From positions 1 to 38,646 of the forward strand of contig MFEO01000003.1 of the NCBI GenBank assembly GCA_001777585.1: DNA of 38,646 nucleotides, given 5' to 3'. The stretch's first letter is position 1. Each line of letters starts with the position of its first letter. The notes under the pieces were generated by a model that was not told where the DNA came from, ran no database searches, and worked only from the letters and a program-made list of their open reading frames with translations. A program made the position numbers and the translations under genes. Source of the stretch: Candidatus Doudnabacteria bacterium RIFCSPHIGHO2_01_FULL_50_11 (lineage in GTDB: Bacteria > Patescibacteriota > Doudnabacteria > UBA920 > 2-01-FULL-50-11). Of this stretch, positions 23,841-32,556 are shown one piece after another.

Positions 23841-25802
23841 TTGAATGAAATAAAAATCAACTCCATGCCCGAAGAAAAAAACAGTCAGCCAAAAGAAAAA
23901 GAGGAGAGTACTACTGAGGTACTACTAAGCGAAGATACTTTGTATAATGCTCCCGAACTTTTCGCCCGAAATGCGAGGGCATCAGATTTCGAGGCTCTAT
24001 ATCGGCGTGCTGAAGCAGACCCTGAAGGCTTCTGGGCGGATTTTGCCTCCGAACTTCCTTGGAAGAAAAAGTGGAAGAAGGTTCTCGATGATTCCAAGAA
24101 ACCCTTCTATAGCTGGTTCGCGGGAGGTAAAACCAATTTGTATACTGCCGCCGTCGAGCGCCATCAGGCGACCGCGGTCAAGGACAAGGCCGCATTCATT
24201 TGGGAAGGGGAGAACGGCGATACAAGGACAATCACATATGGGCAGCTCCACGAGACGGTAAACAAGTTTTCTGCTGGCTTAAGATCGCTTAATCTCAACA
24301 AAGGCGATCGCGTTGCGATTTATATGCCTAATATACCGGAAGTTGCGGTCGCCATGCTCGCATGCGTCAAGATGGGAATCGTCCACTCTGTCGTGTACGC
24401 TGGTTTTTCTGCTCAGGCGATACAGAAGCGCGTAGAAGATGCCGAAGCCAAGGTGATAATCACGACAGACGGCAGTTTCCGAAGAGGAAAGACCCTATCG
24501 CTTAAGGAAGTGGTTGATCAAGCTCTGTCAGCCGGTTGTCCTTCAATCCAGCACTCAATCATTGTCCAGCATGCTAAAAACCCAGTGACAATGAAGGAAG
24601 GACGGGACCTATGGTACCACGAGTTGATCGCACAAGACCTGCCCGTACCCGATACGGAAGTGATGGACTCTGAGGACCCGGCTTTCATTCTATACACTTC
24701 CGGAACAACAGGTACTCCTAAGGGCGTCGTTCACTCTCACGGAGGATATATGGTTGGCGTTTACACGACACTTAAGCTCGTATTCGATCTTCGGGAAAGT
24801 GATGTCTACTGGTGCACCGCTGACCCGGGCTGGATCACGGGACATAGTTATATCGTCTACGGACCGCTGATGAACGGCGTTACTTCGCTTCTATTTGAGG
24901 GAGTTCCGGATTACCCGAAAACAGACAGGATTTGGGAGATGGTTGAGCGCCACCATGTGACCATTCTATATACTGCGCCTACCTTGATTCGAATGATGGC
25001 GAAGTATGGAGAGGCAGGCGTCAAGGCTCACGACTTGTCGTGTCTTAGGCTCCTGGGTTCTGTGGGAGAGCCCATTAATCCCAAGGCGTGGCTATGGTAT
25101 TACGAGCATGTGGGCAACAAACGCTGCCCGATCATGGATACCTGGTGGCAAACGGAAACAGGCATGTTCATGATTTGCCCGCTCCCCCCTGTGCCTCTGA
25201 AAGCTGGGTCGGCGTACAAGCCTTTCCCCGGAATAATAGCAGATGTCGTCGACAAAACCGGCAAGTCGGTGCCTCCTGGCAAGGGGGGGTTCTTGGTCAT
25301 AAAGAATTCATGGCCAGCACAGCTTAAAACATTGTTTCGGAACCCGCAGCGTTATCTGGAGACTTATTTTGAGAAGATACCCGGAGTGTACCTTACTGGG
25401 GACATGGCTAGACGCGACAAAGATGGATATTTCTGGATCCAAGGACGGTCCGACGATGTGCTTAAGATAGCGGGTCATAGACTCAGCAACGCCGAGATTG
25501 AGAGCGCTATAGTGTCACATCCAGCAGTATCTGAAGCCGGCGTCATTGGGAAGCCGGATCCGGTGAAGGGCGAGGTGGCGAAAGCATTCGTAATCTTAAA
25601 GTCCGGCTTTGCGCCATCCCCTGAATTGTCGCAAGAAATTCGTCAGCATATTCGCAAGACAATCGGACCTCTGGCCGTGACCGATGAGGTTGTTTTTGTC
25701 AGCAAGTTGCCGAAGACTCGGAGCGGTAAGATCATGCGGCGCGTTTTGCGCGCTCAAGAACTGGGTGAGGATCCGGGCGATACATCGACACTTGAAGACT
25801 AG
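23841..25802 (+). CDS. acs: Acetyl-CoA synthetase (AMP-forming)
   Basis: Motifs DPEGFW, YTSGTTGTPKGVVHSHGGY, TWWQTETG, YLTGDMARRDKDGYFWIQGR and SGKIMRR. The start is either TTG 23841 or ATG 23865. Confidence 0.9.
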   Translation: MNEIKINSMPEEKNSQPKEKEESTTEVLLSEDTLYNAPELFARNARASDFEALYRRAEADPEGFWADFASELPWKKKWKKVLDDSKKPFYSWFAGGKTNLYTAAVERHQATAVKDKAAFIWEGENGDTRTITYGQLHETVNKFSAGLRSLNLNKGDRVAIYMPNIPEVAVAMLACVKMGIVHSVVYAGFSAQAIQKRVEDAEAKVIITTDGSFRRGKTLSLKEVVDQALSAGCPSIQHSIIVQHAKNPVTMKEGRDLWYHELIAQDLPVPDTEVMDSEDPAFILYTSGTTGTPKGVVHSHGGYMVGVYTTLKLVFDLRESDVYWCTADPGWITGHSYIVYGPLMNGVTSLLFEGVPDYPKTDRIWEMVERHHVTILYTAPTLIRMMAKYGEAGVKAHDLSCLRLLGSVGEPINPKAWLWYYEHVGNKRCPIMDTWWQTETGMFMICPLPPVPLKAGSAYKPFPGIIADVVDKTGKSVPPGKGGFLVIKNSWPAQLKTLFRNPQRYLETYFEKIPGVYLTGDMARRDKDGYFWIQGRSDDVLKIAGHRLSNAEIESAIVSHPAVSEAGVIGKPDPVKGEVAKAFVILKSGFAPSPELSQEIRQHIRKTIGPLAVTDEVVFVSKLPKTRSGKIMRRVLRAQELGEDPGDTSTLED

Positions 25803-25819
25803 GTAAAACTCGAGTAAAT

Positions 25820-26203
25820 ATGAAAACATCTAAGATTCTCATCGTTTTTCTGTTACTTCTCGTCATAGCGGCAGGAGTCTGGGCGGCTTGGTTTTTTTTC
25901 GCACCGACGCGTGTCATAAAATTTCAAGCGGGTACCGTATTTGAGCGTTCCGGACTTCGCGTCCAAGCTGATCGGATCGACAGATGGGTCTGTGCCAAAC
26001 CAAAAGCGGACGGACAGTGTGCTGATGAGGATCTTGAATGGGGCGTTCAGTTGACGATTCGCAATGTAAAAACCGGCGAGTCCGCATACACATATTTAGG
26101 AGAGCAATTGCACCCGGAGTATGAAGCCCTTGGGCTGCACCTTAGCTTGCGTTCTGTAACGGCGAATCCGCCAACTGCCGTGATTGGGATTACGAATAAA
26201 TAG
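25820..26203 (+). CDS. Small N-terminally anchored (or signal-peptide) protein of unknown function
   Basis: 127-aa ORF. The N-terminal hydrophobic segment is ILIVFLLLLVIAAGVWAAWFFFA. It has two Cys residues. It sits between acs and korA with 17-nt and 24-nt gaps. Confidence 0.55.
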   Translation: MKTSKILIVFLLLLVIAAGVWAAWFFFAPTRVIKFQAGTVFERSGLRVQADRIDRWVCAKPKADGQCADEDLEWGVQLTIRNVKTGESAYTYLGEQLHPEYEALGLHLSLRSVTANPPTAVIGITNK

Positions 26204-26227
26204 TGTTGCCCAAAATACTCGTTTCTT

Positions 26228-27952
26228 ATGAATAACCCAGCACAAAATATCACCATCAAGATTGCCGGCGAAGCGGGTTTTGGCATCAAGATTGCCGGCG
26301 CTACACTTGGTAAGGTTCTATCTCGCATGGGGTATCAAATGTTCGACTACACGGAGTACCCATCGCTTATTCGCGGCGGGCACAATACCTTTGAGGTCAC
26401 AGTAGGCGAGCGCGTGCACCATCATACTCGGCCGGTGCATCTTTTGATAGCACTTAACCAGGCGTCCGTGGACTTGCACCAAAGCGAGTTATCTTTTGAC
26501 GCAGGCGTGATATATGATTCTGAGAAAACAAAGCCTGGCACAGGACCGTGGAAGCTGTATCCGGTCCCGCTGTCGCGGATTACCAAAGACGTTGGCGGCT
26601 CGGAATTGATGAAAAATACCGTCGCCTTGGGCGCCGCCCTTGCAGTGCTGGGTGCGCCAGTCGAGGGCTTGCTCGCGATCTTGAGAGAAGCGTTTGCCAA
26701 AAAGAAACAAACTATAATCGATCAAAACGTCAAAGCAGCTTCATCCGGATACCAGTTTGTTCGCGATACTTTCCCCGAGCTGTTTCCCCACCAGGTAACA
26801 AGACTGGGAGAGAGACGGCAGATGTATGTGACGGGAAACGAGGCGGTGGGACTCGGGGCAATCGCTGCCGGGTGCCGGGCGTATTTCGCATATCCGATGA
26901 CGCCTTCATCCAGCCTGCTCGAGTTCATGGCTAAGAAAGGGCCTAAGGTTGGGATGGTCGTGCGGCAGCCGGAAGATGAGATTTCCGTACTCAACACAGC
27001 AATTGGAGCCGGCTTCATGGGTATCCGCTCTATGGTAGGTACTTCGGGTGGAGGATATTCACTCATGGTGGAGGCGACTGGACTCGCCGGCATTACCGAG
27101 ACACCTGTTGTTATCTACATGGGCCAGCGGCCCGGACCGGCGACCGGCCTGCCAACATGGTCGGGACAGGCGGATTTGCGATTTCTAATGCACGCGGCTC
27201 AGGATGAGTTTCCCAGGTTGATCGTAGCGCCGGGCGATCAAGAAGAATGTTTTTATCTGACCGCAGAAGCTTTTAATTTTGCCGAAAAGTACCAAATGCC
27301 GGTTTTTGTACTGATGGACAAAAATCTGGCCGAGGGAGGAAAAACCGTGGCACCCTTCGATCAGTCGAAAATCAAGATCGAACGGGGGGAGTGGGTGAGC
27401 GCGGAAGATATAAAAAAAGAGGGAAAGTATTTACGTTTCAAGGTGACTGAGTCAGGCATATCTCCGCGAGTGCTCCCGGGGACTGCGGGAGGCATCCACG
27501 AGACCAACTCAGACGAGCATGATGAGTACGGATATAATATTGAAGATATTCCGAATCGCAATGCACAGATGGAGAAACGAATGAGGAAATTAGAAAGGGC
27601 GAGGGCTGAAATTCCACCCCCGAACCTGTATGGGCCCAAAGACGCATCGCTGAGTCTGGTTTCCTGGGGTTCGACAAAAGGCACAATCTTGCAGGCACTA
27701 GAAGAATTGTCTAATGTATCAGTGAATTTCATTCACTTCAATTATTTGTGGCCGTTTCCAACCCAAGATGCGGTGAAAATGCTACAGAGCGCAAAACAGC
27801 TGATGGTGGTAGAAAATAATTTTACCGGACAGTTTGATGGCCTGATTCGTCAGTATGTAGGCATCGTCCCTCAACATCATTTGCGCAAGTACGATGGCCG
27901 CCCTTTCTGGCCACATGAAATTGTTGACAAGGTTCATGAAGTAATAAAGTAA
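26228..27952 (+). CDS. korA: 2-oxoacid:ferredoxin oxidoreductase, fused gamma-alpha subunit
   Basis: The N-terminal gamma-like part is ITIKIAGEAGFGIKIAG. The alpha part follows with VTGNEAVGLGAIAAGCRAYFAYPMTPSS and GGGYSLMVEA. Confidence 0.85.
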   Translation: MNNPAQNITIKIAGEAGFGIKIAGATLGKVLSRMGYQMFDYTEYPSLIRGGHNTFEVTVGERVHHHTRPVHLLIALNQASVDLHQSELSFDAGVIYDSEKTKPGTGPWKLYPVPLSRITKDVGGSELMKNTVALGAALAVLGAPVEGLLAILREAFAKKKQTIIDQNVKAASSGYQFVRDTFPELFPHQVTRLGERRQMYVTGNEAVGLGAIAAGCRAYFAYPMTPSSSLLEFMAKKGPKVGMVVRQPEDEISVLNTAIGAGFMGIRSMVGTSGGGYSLMVEATGLAGITETPVVIYMGQRPGPATGLPTWSGQADLRFLMHAAQDEFPRLIVAPGDQEECFYLTAEAFNFAEKYQMPVFVLMDKNLAEGGKTVAPFDQSKIKIERGEWVSAEDIKKEGKYLRFKVTESGISPRVLPGTAGGIHETNSDEHDEYGYNIEDIPNRNAQMEKRMRKLERARAEIPPPNLYGPKDASLSLVSWGSTKGTILQALEELSNVSVNFIHFNYLWPFPTQDAVKMLQSAKQLMVVENNFTGQFDGLIRQYVGIVPQHHLRKYDGRPFWPHEIVDKVHEVIK

Positions 27953-27977
27953 ACTAAGGAGAATCCGCTGAAAAGAA

Positions 27978-28865
27978 ATGATTCCTAATCCCCAGCTTAC
28001 CAATCCGCTCCGTGCCGAGGATTTCAACTCGGAACATTTTCCGACTTGGTGCCCCGGTTGTGGCGATTTCGGCATTTGGGCGTCTCTTAAAAATGCTTTA
28101 GTCAAATTAAATTTGCCACCGCACAGAGTAGTGCTCGTCTTCGGTATCGGCTGTTCCGGTAATTTTTCCAGCTTTGTAAAAGGCAATGTCTTTCACTCAC
28201 TGCACGGGCGGGCACTTCCTGCTGCGATCGGCGCCAAGCTGGCAAATCACGAATTGGATGTGATTGTGATTGGTGGCGATGGGGATGGCTTTGCTGAAGG
28301 GCTCAATCATTTCATTCAGACGGTGCGCTCCAACATCAATATTACTTACGTTGTACACGACAACCACGTGTATTCTCTCACGGTGGGTCAAGCCTCCCCG
28401 ACTTCGATGAAAGGCTTCAAAGGGAAGGCGCATCCAGAGGGAGCTTTCGAATATCAGCTCAATCCCATCTCTCTCGCCATCACCTCCGGCGGCACCTTTG
28501 TTGCACGCGGGTTTGCGGGCGACATTCCTCATCTCTCGGACCTGATTGTACAGGGGGTCAAGCACCGGGGATTTTCCTTCATCGACGTCATGCAGCCCTG
28601 TCCTACCTTCAATCCTGAGTTGTCGTATGATTGGTATAGGCAGAGGATATACAAGCTCGAAACCACCGGTTATATGCCGGACAACCATTTTAAGGCATGG
28701 GAGATTTCTCAGCAGCCGTTTGATGAAAAGATACCCCTAGGGGTTTTCTATCGGGAAGAGCGTGACATTCTCGAAGATCATTTTCCACAACTGAGCCGAG
28801 CTCCTCTAGTCAAGCATGATTTGTCTAAAATCGACATCACGTCTTTGCTTGAAGAATTTATGTAA
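27978..28865 (+). CDS. korB: 2-oxoacid:ferredoxin oxidoreductase, beta (TPP/[4Fe-4S]) subunit
   Basis: Motifs WCPGCGDFGI, GIGCSG and GGDGDG (TPP-binding motif). Confidence 0.9.
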   Translation: MIPNPQLTNPLRAEDFNSEHFPTWCPGCGDFGIWASLKNALVKLNLPPHRVVLVFGIGCSGNFSSFVKGNVFHSLHGRALPAAIGAKLANHELDVIVIGGDGDGFAEGLNHFIQTVRSNINITYVVHDNHVYSLTVGQASPTSMKGFKGKAHPEGAFEYQLNPISLAITSGGTFVARGFAGDIPHLSDLIVQGVKHRGFSFIDVMQPCPTFNPELSYDWYRQRIYKLETTGYMPDNHFKAWEISQQPFDEKIPLGVFYREERDILEDHFPQLSRAPLVKHDLSKIDITSLLEEFM

Positions 28866-28901
28866 CACGCCCTTCACAAGATCCGAGCTGTTCTTCTCGG
28901 C

Positions 28902-28923
28902 ACCGCATACAGCGGTTTTTTTT
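28902..28923 (+). terminator. Rho-independent terminator after korB (with an accessory upstream hairpin at 28883-28900)
   Basis: ACCGC-ataca-GCGGT runs into T8 (28916-28923). It is preceded by CCGAG-ctgttctt-CTCGG. Confidence 0.7.
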
Positions 28924-28955
28924 GAACAAAAATCATAGCCCAGATCTGACTTTCA

Positions 28956-28964
28956 TGATAGAAT
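28956..28964 (+). promoter_or_regulatory. Extended -10 promoter element TGaTAGAAT upstream of recJ
   Basis: A TGn+TAGAAT motif whose 3' end is 22 nt upstream of ATG 28987, just after the korB terminator. Confidence 0.45.
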
Positions 28965-28986
28965 TACAATAACCGAAAGAAATTCT

Positions 28987-30750
28987 ATGAAAAGAAAGTG
29001 GGTTATTCAAGAAAAAATTAGTCCGGAATTCCAAGCTCAATTTCCAGAATTCCCTCTTCTTATCTTACAGCTTCTGAGCAATCGCGGTTTGATAGCATCT
29101 CGTGAGATAGGAGAGTTTTTGAATCCGCAATATCAACGTCTGACCTCTCCATATCTTATGAAAGATATGGACCGGGCAGTGACGAGGATTCTTGAAGCAA
29201 TAGCCAAGAAACAAAAAATCGTGATCTACGCAGATTATGATGCTGACGCTGTGACTGCCTGTACAGTGATGTTCCGGGGACTGCAGGCCTTGGGTGCAGA
29301 GCATCTCTCTTGGTATATCCCGGATCGTTTTGCAGAGGGTTATGGGCTAAATATTGAAGCGCTGAACGTTTTGGCAGACAAAGGCGTTCAGCTTATTATC
29401 ACTGTCGATTGCGGTATCAATGCTATTGAAGAGGTACAGGCCGCGAAAGCAAGAGGAGTTGATGTGATTATAACTGACCACCATCATATTACCGGGGATT
29501 TGCCCCAAGCCTATGCCGTCATCAATCCAAAGCGCGATCCGATAAAGCAAATACAAGGACTCACCGGCGTGGGTGTCGCTTTCAAGGTAGTCCAGGCCAT
29601 CGCCTCATTGCCGCATCAGGAAGTGTATGCAGAGGAATTTTCCTGGGACACAAGCTTATTCCCTAAGATTCATCTGAATACAGGCATTATTCGCCTCCCG
29701 GCCCACTGGGAGAAATGGCTCCTCGATCTGGTCGCGATTGGAACAATCGCTGATTGTCAGAGTTTGATAGGGGAGAATCGCATACTCGTTCACTTTGGTT
29801 TAAAAGTGTTGCAAAAAACGAGATGGCCAGGGTTGAAGGTATTATTACAAAATGCGGGAGCCGACACGCGCAAGCCCGATGCTTTTACCTGCGGCTTTAT
29901 CATAGCGCCTCGCCTAAATGCCGCAGGACGAATTCAGCACGCTGATATTGCCTTCCGGCTGCTTGCCACGGAAGATTTGGGGGAAGCGGGTATGTACGCA
30001 GGACAGCTTGAGAGTCTGAATGCTCATCGGCAAAGACTTACGGAGCAGATTTTTTCGGAAGCAAAATCCCAAGTTGAATTGCAAGGTAGTCAGAAGATGC
30101 TTCTGGTTTTGGGACAAAATTGGCCGAAGGGAGTCGTCGGGTTAGTCGCCTCGCGCCTCGTGGAAGCATACTGGCGTCCCGCTGTGGTACTCGAGCATAG
30201 CGGAGGGATCGCGACCGGATCGGCCCGTAGCATCGGTAATTTCAATATTGTAGAGGCATTCGCCCAACATCGAAGCCACCTCGTGAGATTTGGAGGGCAT
30301 GCGCAGGCAGCCGGTCTCACGATAGAAGTGGATAAGATTCCTCAATTCCATCAGCAACTTTTGGCGTTTGCCGAGCGGTCGCTTGAAGACGATGATTTGA
30401 TCCCGGTTGAATCAATCGACGCTGTTGCGGAGGCTTCTCAACTAAACCTTGAATTCGTCAAGTCACTTTCAATGTTCGAGCCCTTTGGGCCTGGTAATCC
30501 AGCTCCGAGGTTTCTGATGCGATCGGTTACGGTAGAAGGTCTTCGGCCAGTCGGGGTAAGCGGAAAACACGTCAAACTCGAATTGACCCAGAACGGAAAA
30601 ATCATTCACGCAATCGCGTTCGGACAGGCCGAGCGTTACCGCGGGATATCAACAGGCAGCCGGCTTGACGTGATCGTAGAACCGTCAGTGAATTCCTGGA
30701 ACGGAAAAAATGAAGTGCAGGCGAAAATCATAGATTTTTTACCTATTTGA
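28987..30750 (+). CDS. recJ: Single-stranded-DNA-specific exonuclease RecJ (DHH/DHHA1)
   Basis: Motifs DYDADAVTA, ITVDCG, ITDHHH, NAAGR and GGHAQAAG. Confidence 0.9.
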   Translation: MKRKWVIQEKISPEFQAQFPEFPLLILQLLSNRGLIASREIGEFLNPQYQRLTSPYLMKDMDRAVTRILEAIAKKQKIVIYADYDADAVTACTVMFRGLQALGAEHLSWYIPDRFAEGYGLNIEALNVLADKGVQLIITVDCGINAIEEVQAAKARGVDVIITDHHHITGDLPQAYAVINPKRDPIKQIQGLTGVGVAFKVVQAIASLPHQEVYAEEFSWDTSLFPKIHLNTGIIRLPAHWEKWLLDLVAIGTIADCQSLIGENRILVHFGLKVLQKTRWPGLKVLLQNAGADTRKPDAFTCGFIIAPRLNAAGRIQHADIAFRLLATEDLGEAGMYAGQLESLNAHRQRLTEQIFSEAKSQVELQGSQKMLLVLGQNWPKGVVGLVASRLVEAYWRPAVVLEHSGGIATGSARSIGNFNIVEAFAQHRSHLVRFGGHAQAAGLTIEVDKIPQFHQQLLAFAERSLEDDDLIPVESIDAVAEASQLNLEFVKSLSMFEPFGPGNPAPRFLMRSVTVEGLRPVGVSGKHVKLELTQNGKIIHAIAFGQAERYRGISTGSRLDVIVEPSVNSWNGKNEVQAKIIDFLPI

Positions 30751-30760
30751 TGGCTGTGTT

Positions 30761-31165
30761 ATGAGGGCTACATTGTACACCGATGGCGGAGCGCGGGGTA
30801 ATCCTGGCCCAGCAGGCGCGGGCGCGTATGCTGTGACCACAGAGGGGAGAGAAATATTTCGCCTTAAGCGTTTTTTGGGTGAGATTACGAATAATCAGGC
30901 TGAGTATCACGCACTGATTATGGGACTTTCCAAATTGAAAGTTCTGCGATACAAGGAAGTCGATGTGCGCATGGATTCCGAACTGGTCGTCCGTCAGCTG
31001 TTGGGTCGTTACAAAATAAAAAGCCAGAATATCCAAACTCTGGCTCATGAGGCGCTAAGACTGTCGCAATCATTTGAACGCACGACTTTCAGCCATGTGC
31101 CTCGGGAGAAGAATCAAGTAGCGGATGACCTGGTGAACGAGGCAATAGACGAGGCCACTCAATAG
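30761..31165 (+). CDS. rnhA: Ribonuclease HI
   Basis: DEDD residues are in YTDGGARGNPG, TNNQAEYHALI, MDSELV and NQVADDLVNEA. The protein is 134 aa. Confidence 0.85.
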   Translation: MRATLYTDGGARGNPGPAGAGAYAVTTEGREIFRLKRFLGEITNNQAEYHALIMGLSKLKVLRYKEVDVRMDSELVVRQLLGRYKIKSQNIQTLAHEALRLSQSFERTTFSHVPREKNQVADDLVNEAIDEATQ

Positions 31166-31176
31166 GTATCGGAAGA

Positions 31177-32469
31177 TCATCGAATCTCAGATTTGACCAG
31201 CGTGCCGTCTGATAGAAGGTAAAATAAAATTTTTAGGTCGCGATCTATAGCGAAGCTTACGATAGAGTTGTCTGCCTGATCTATTAACGTGATGGTATTG
31301 CGAGCCGGGGTTTCGTATGCCTCTATAACTTTGATCTGTGAACCTTGCCGGTATATAGCGAGTTTGGTCGCATCTGAATAGAGAGCGTGGCTGATGGGCA
31401 CTGACGACCGCAGAATCTCGTCGGGGGGCGATCCAGATCGAGCTGACCATAGCGAGAATCCGTTCTCGTTTCCATACAGCAAGCCTTCGTCTGTTTTGTT
31501 CCAATTTGCATAAGCGACCCCCTGAGCTATATTTTGCCGCAGGGGGATCAATGATACCAGCTGGTCGTCCAATATTGCATATACCCGCCCTCCGTCTGCG
31601 GGTACCAATTCACCTTGGTTATACTCGCCTATCCCATCCGCGAGCACTTGGGGCTGCCCTTCGAGCGGTTTGATACTGAGAAGCTGACTTGCGGTCAAGG
31701 CGAGAAGCGAGTCTTCGCCCAAGACGATGTCAAAAGCGCGATTGGTCACCTGAGTGGCTAGTTTTTTTTGTACGTCATAAAAGAATACTGTTGAGTTTTG
31801 GTCAAGAAGGCCCAGCAAAACGGGAGTCAAAGCGACGATTTTTTTGGGCTGAATGGAATGTAAAATTAAGAGCTCGGTCTGTCCCGTGTCGGGATTGATC
31901 ATATACCAGTTGTTCCCTACGTGGCAGAAGAGGTGAGTGCCAGAGGCCGAACAGCTGACCGGCTCGGAAGTTTTGTCTTGTATAGCAGAGTATACGCTTT
32001 TTTGAGTGACAAGATTTAGAATCGCGAGGCTTGTTGTGGCTTCCACAGCCCAGCGGTTGTCACCCTCAGAGACTAGGGAAATTGTGGAAGTGGAAAGGAC
32101 TGTTTCAGTGGGATGCTCAAAGAAAAGCACGATTGGGTTATTTTGGGGACCTGCAGAAACAACCCTCCCGGACTCAAGCGAAAAATGTTTCACCCAGGTA
32201 TGGTAACCGCTTTTGACCAGTCCAAGATCGTATTCGCCTGGCAATAGGAACGATAGCGTAGCAGGAGTGACTTGTCCGGTTTCCACGCCGTTGAGCGAGA
32301 TTGTAGCCCCCCTTGGCGCTGTCCGGGCGATGATGCTGCCGGTCTGAACCAAGGTGTGGCGCTGCCAGTCATATTGTATCCCCAATGTGCGCAGGAGAAT
32401 GATTGGCGCGATGACAAGAAAAGCCAAAAACAAAGCTGCTAATAAGCCGAAACGATATCTTAATTTCAT
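31177..32469 (-). CDS. PEGA-domain membrane-anchored protein with a long beta-rich C-terminal region of unknown function
   Basis: The N-terminal TM is FGLLAALFLAFLVIAPIILL. The PEGA-like block is PRGATISLNGVETGQVTPATLSFLLPGEYDLGLVKSGYHTW. This is the only minus-strand gene, and it is convergent with rnhA across an 11-nt gap. Confidence 0.75.
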   Translation of the reverse strand: MKLRYRFGLLAALFLAFLVIAPIILLRTLGIQYDWQRHTLVQTGSIIARTAPRGATISLNGVETGQVTPATLSFLLPGEYDLGLVKSGYHTWVKHFSLESGRVVSAGPQNNPIVLFFEHPTETVLSTSTISLVSEGDNRWAVEATTSLAILNLVTQKSVYSAIQDKTSEPVSCSASGTHLFCHVGNNWYMINPDTGQTELLILHSIQPKKIVALTPVLLGLLDQNSTVFFYDVQKKLATQVTNRAFDIVLGEDSLLALTASQLLSIKPLEGQPQVLADGIGEYNQGELVPADGGRVYAILDDQLVSLIPLRQNIAQGVAYANWNKTDEGLLYGNENGFSLWSARSGSPPDEILRSSVPISHALYSDATKLAIYRQGSQIKVIEAYETPARNTITLIDQADNSIVSFAIDRDLKILFYLLSDGTLVKSEIR

Positions 32470-32528
32470 AAAAGCAGTGTATCATGTACTTGTCCTAGAC
32501 CGCTATATGCCCAACGTAAGAAGCAATA

Positions 32529-32537
32529 TGGTATACT
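32529..32537 (+). promoter_or_regulatory. Extended -10 promoter element TGgTATACT upstream of murA
   Basis: A TGn+TATACT motif ending at 32537. The predicted transcription start is near 32544, which excludes ATG 32542 and supports ATG 32557. Confidence 0.5.
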
Positions 32538-32556
32538 GTGCATGGGTAGATTTTCT

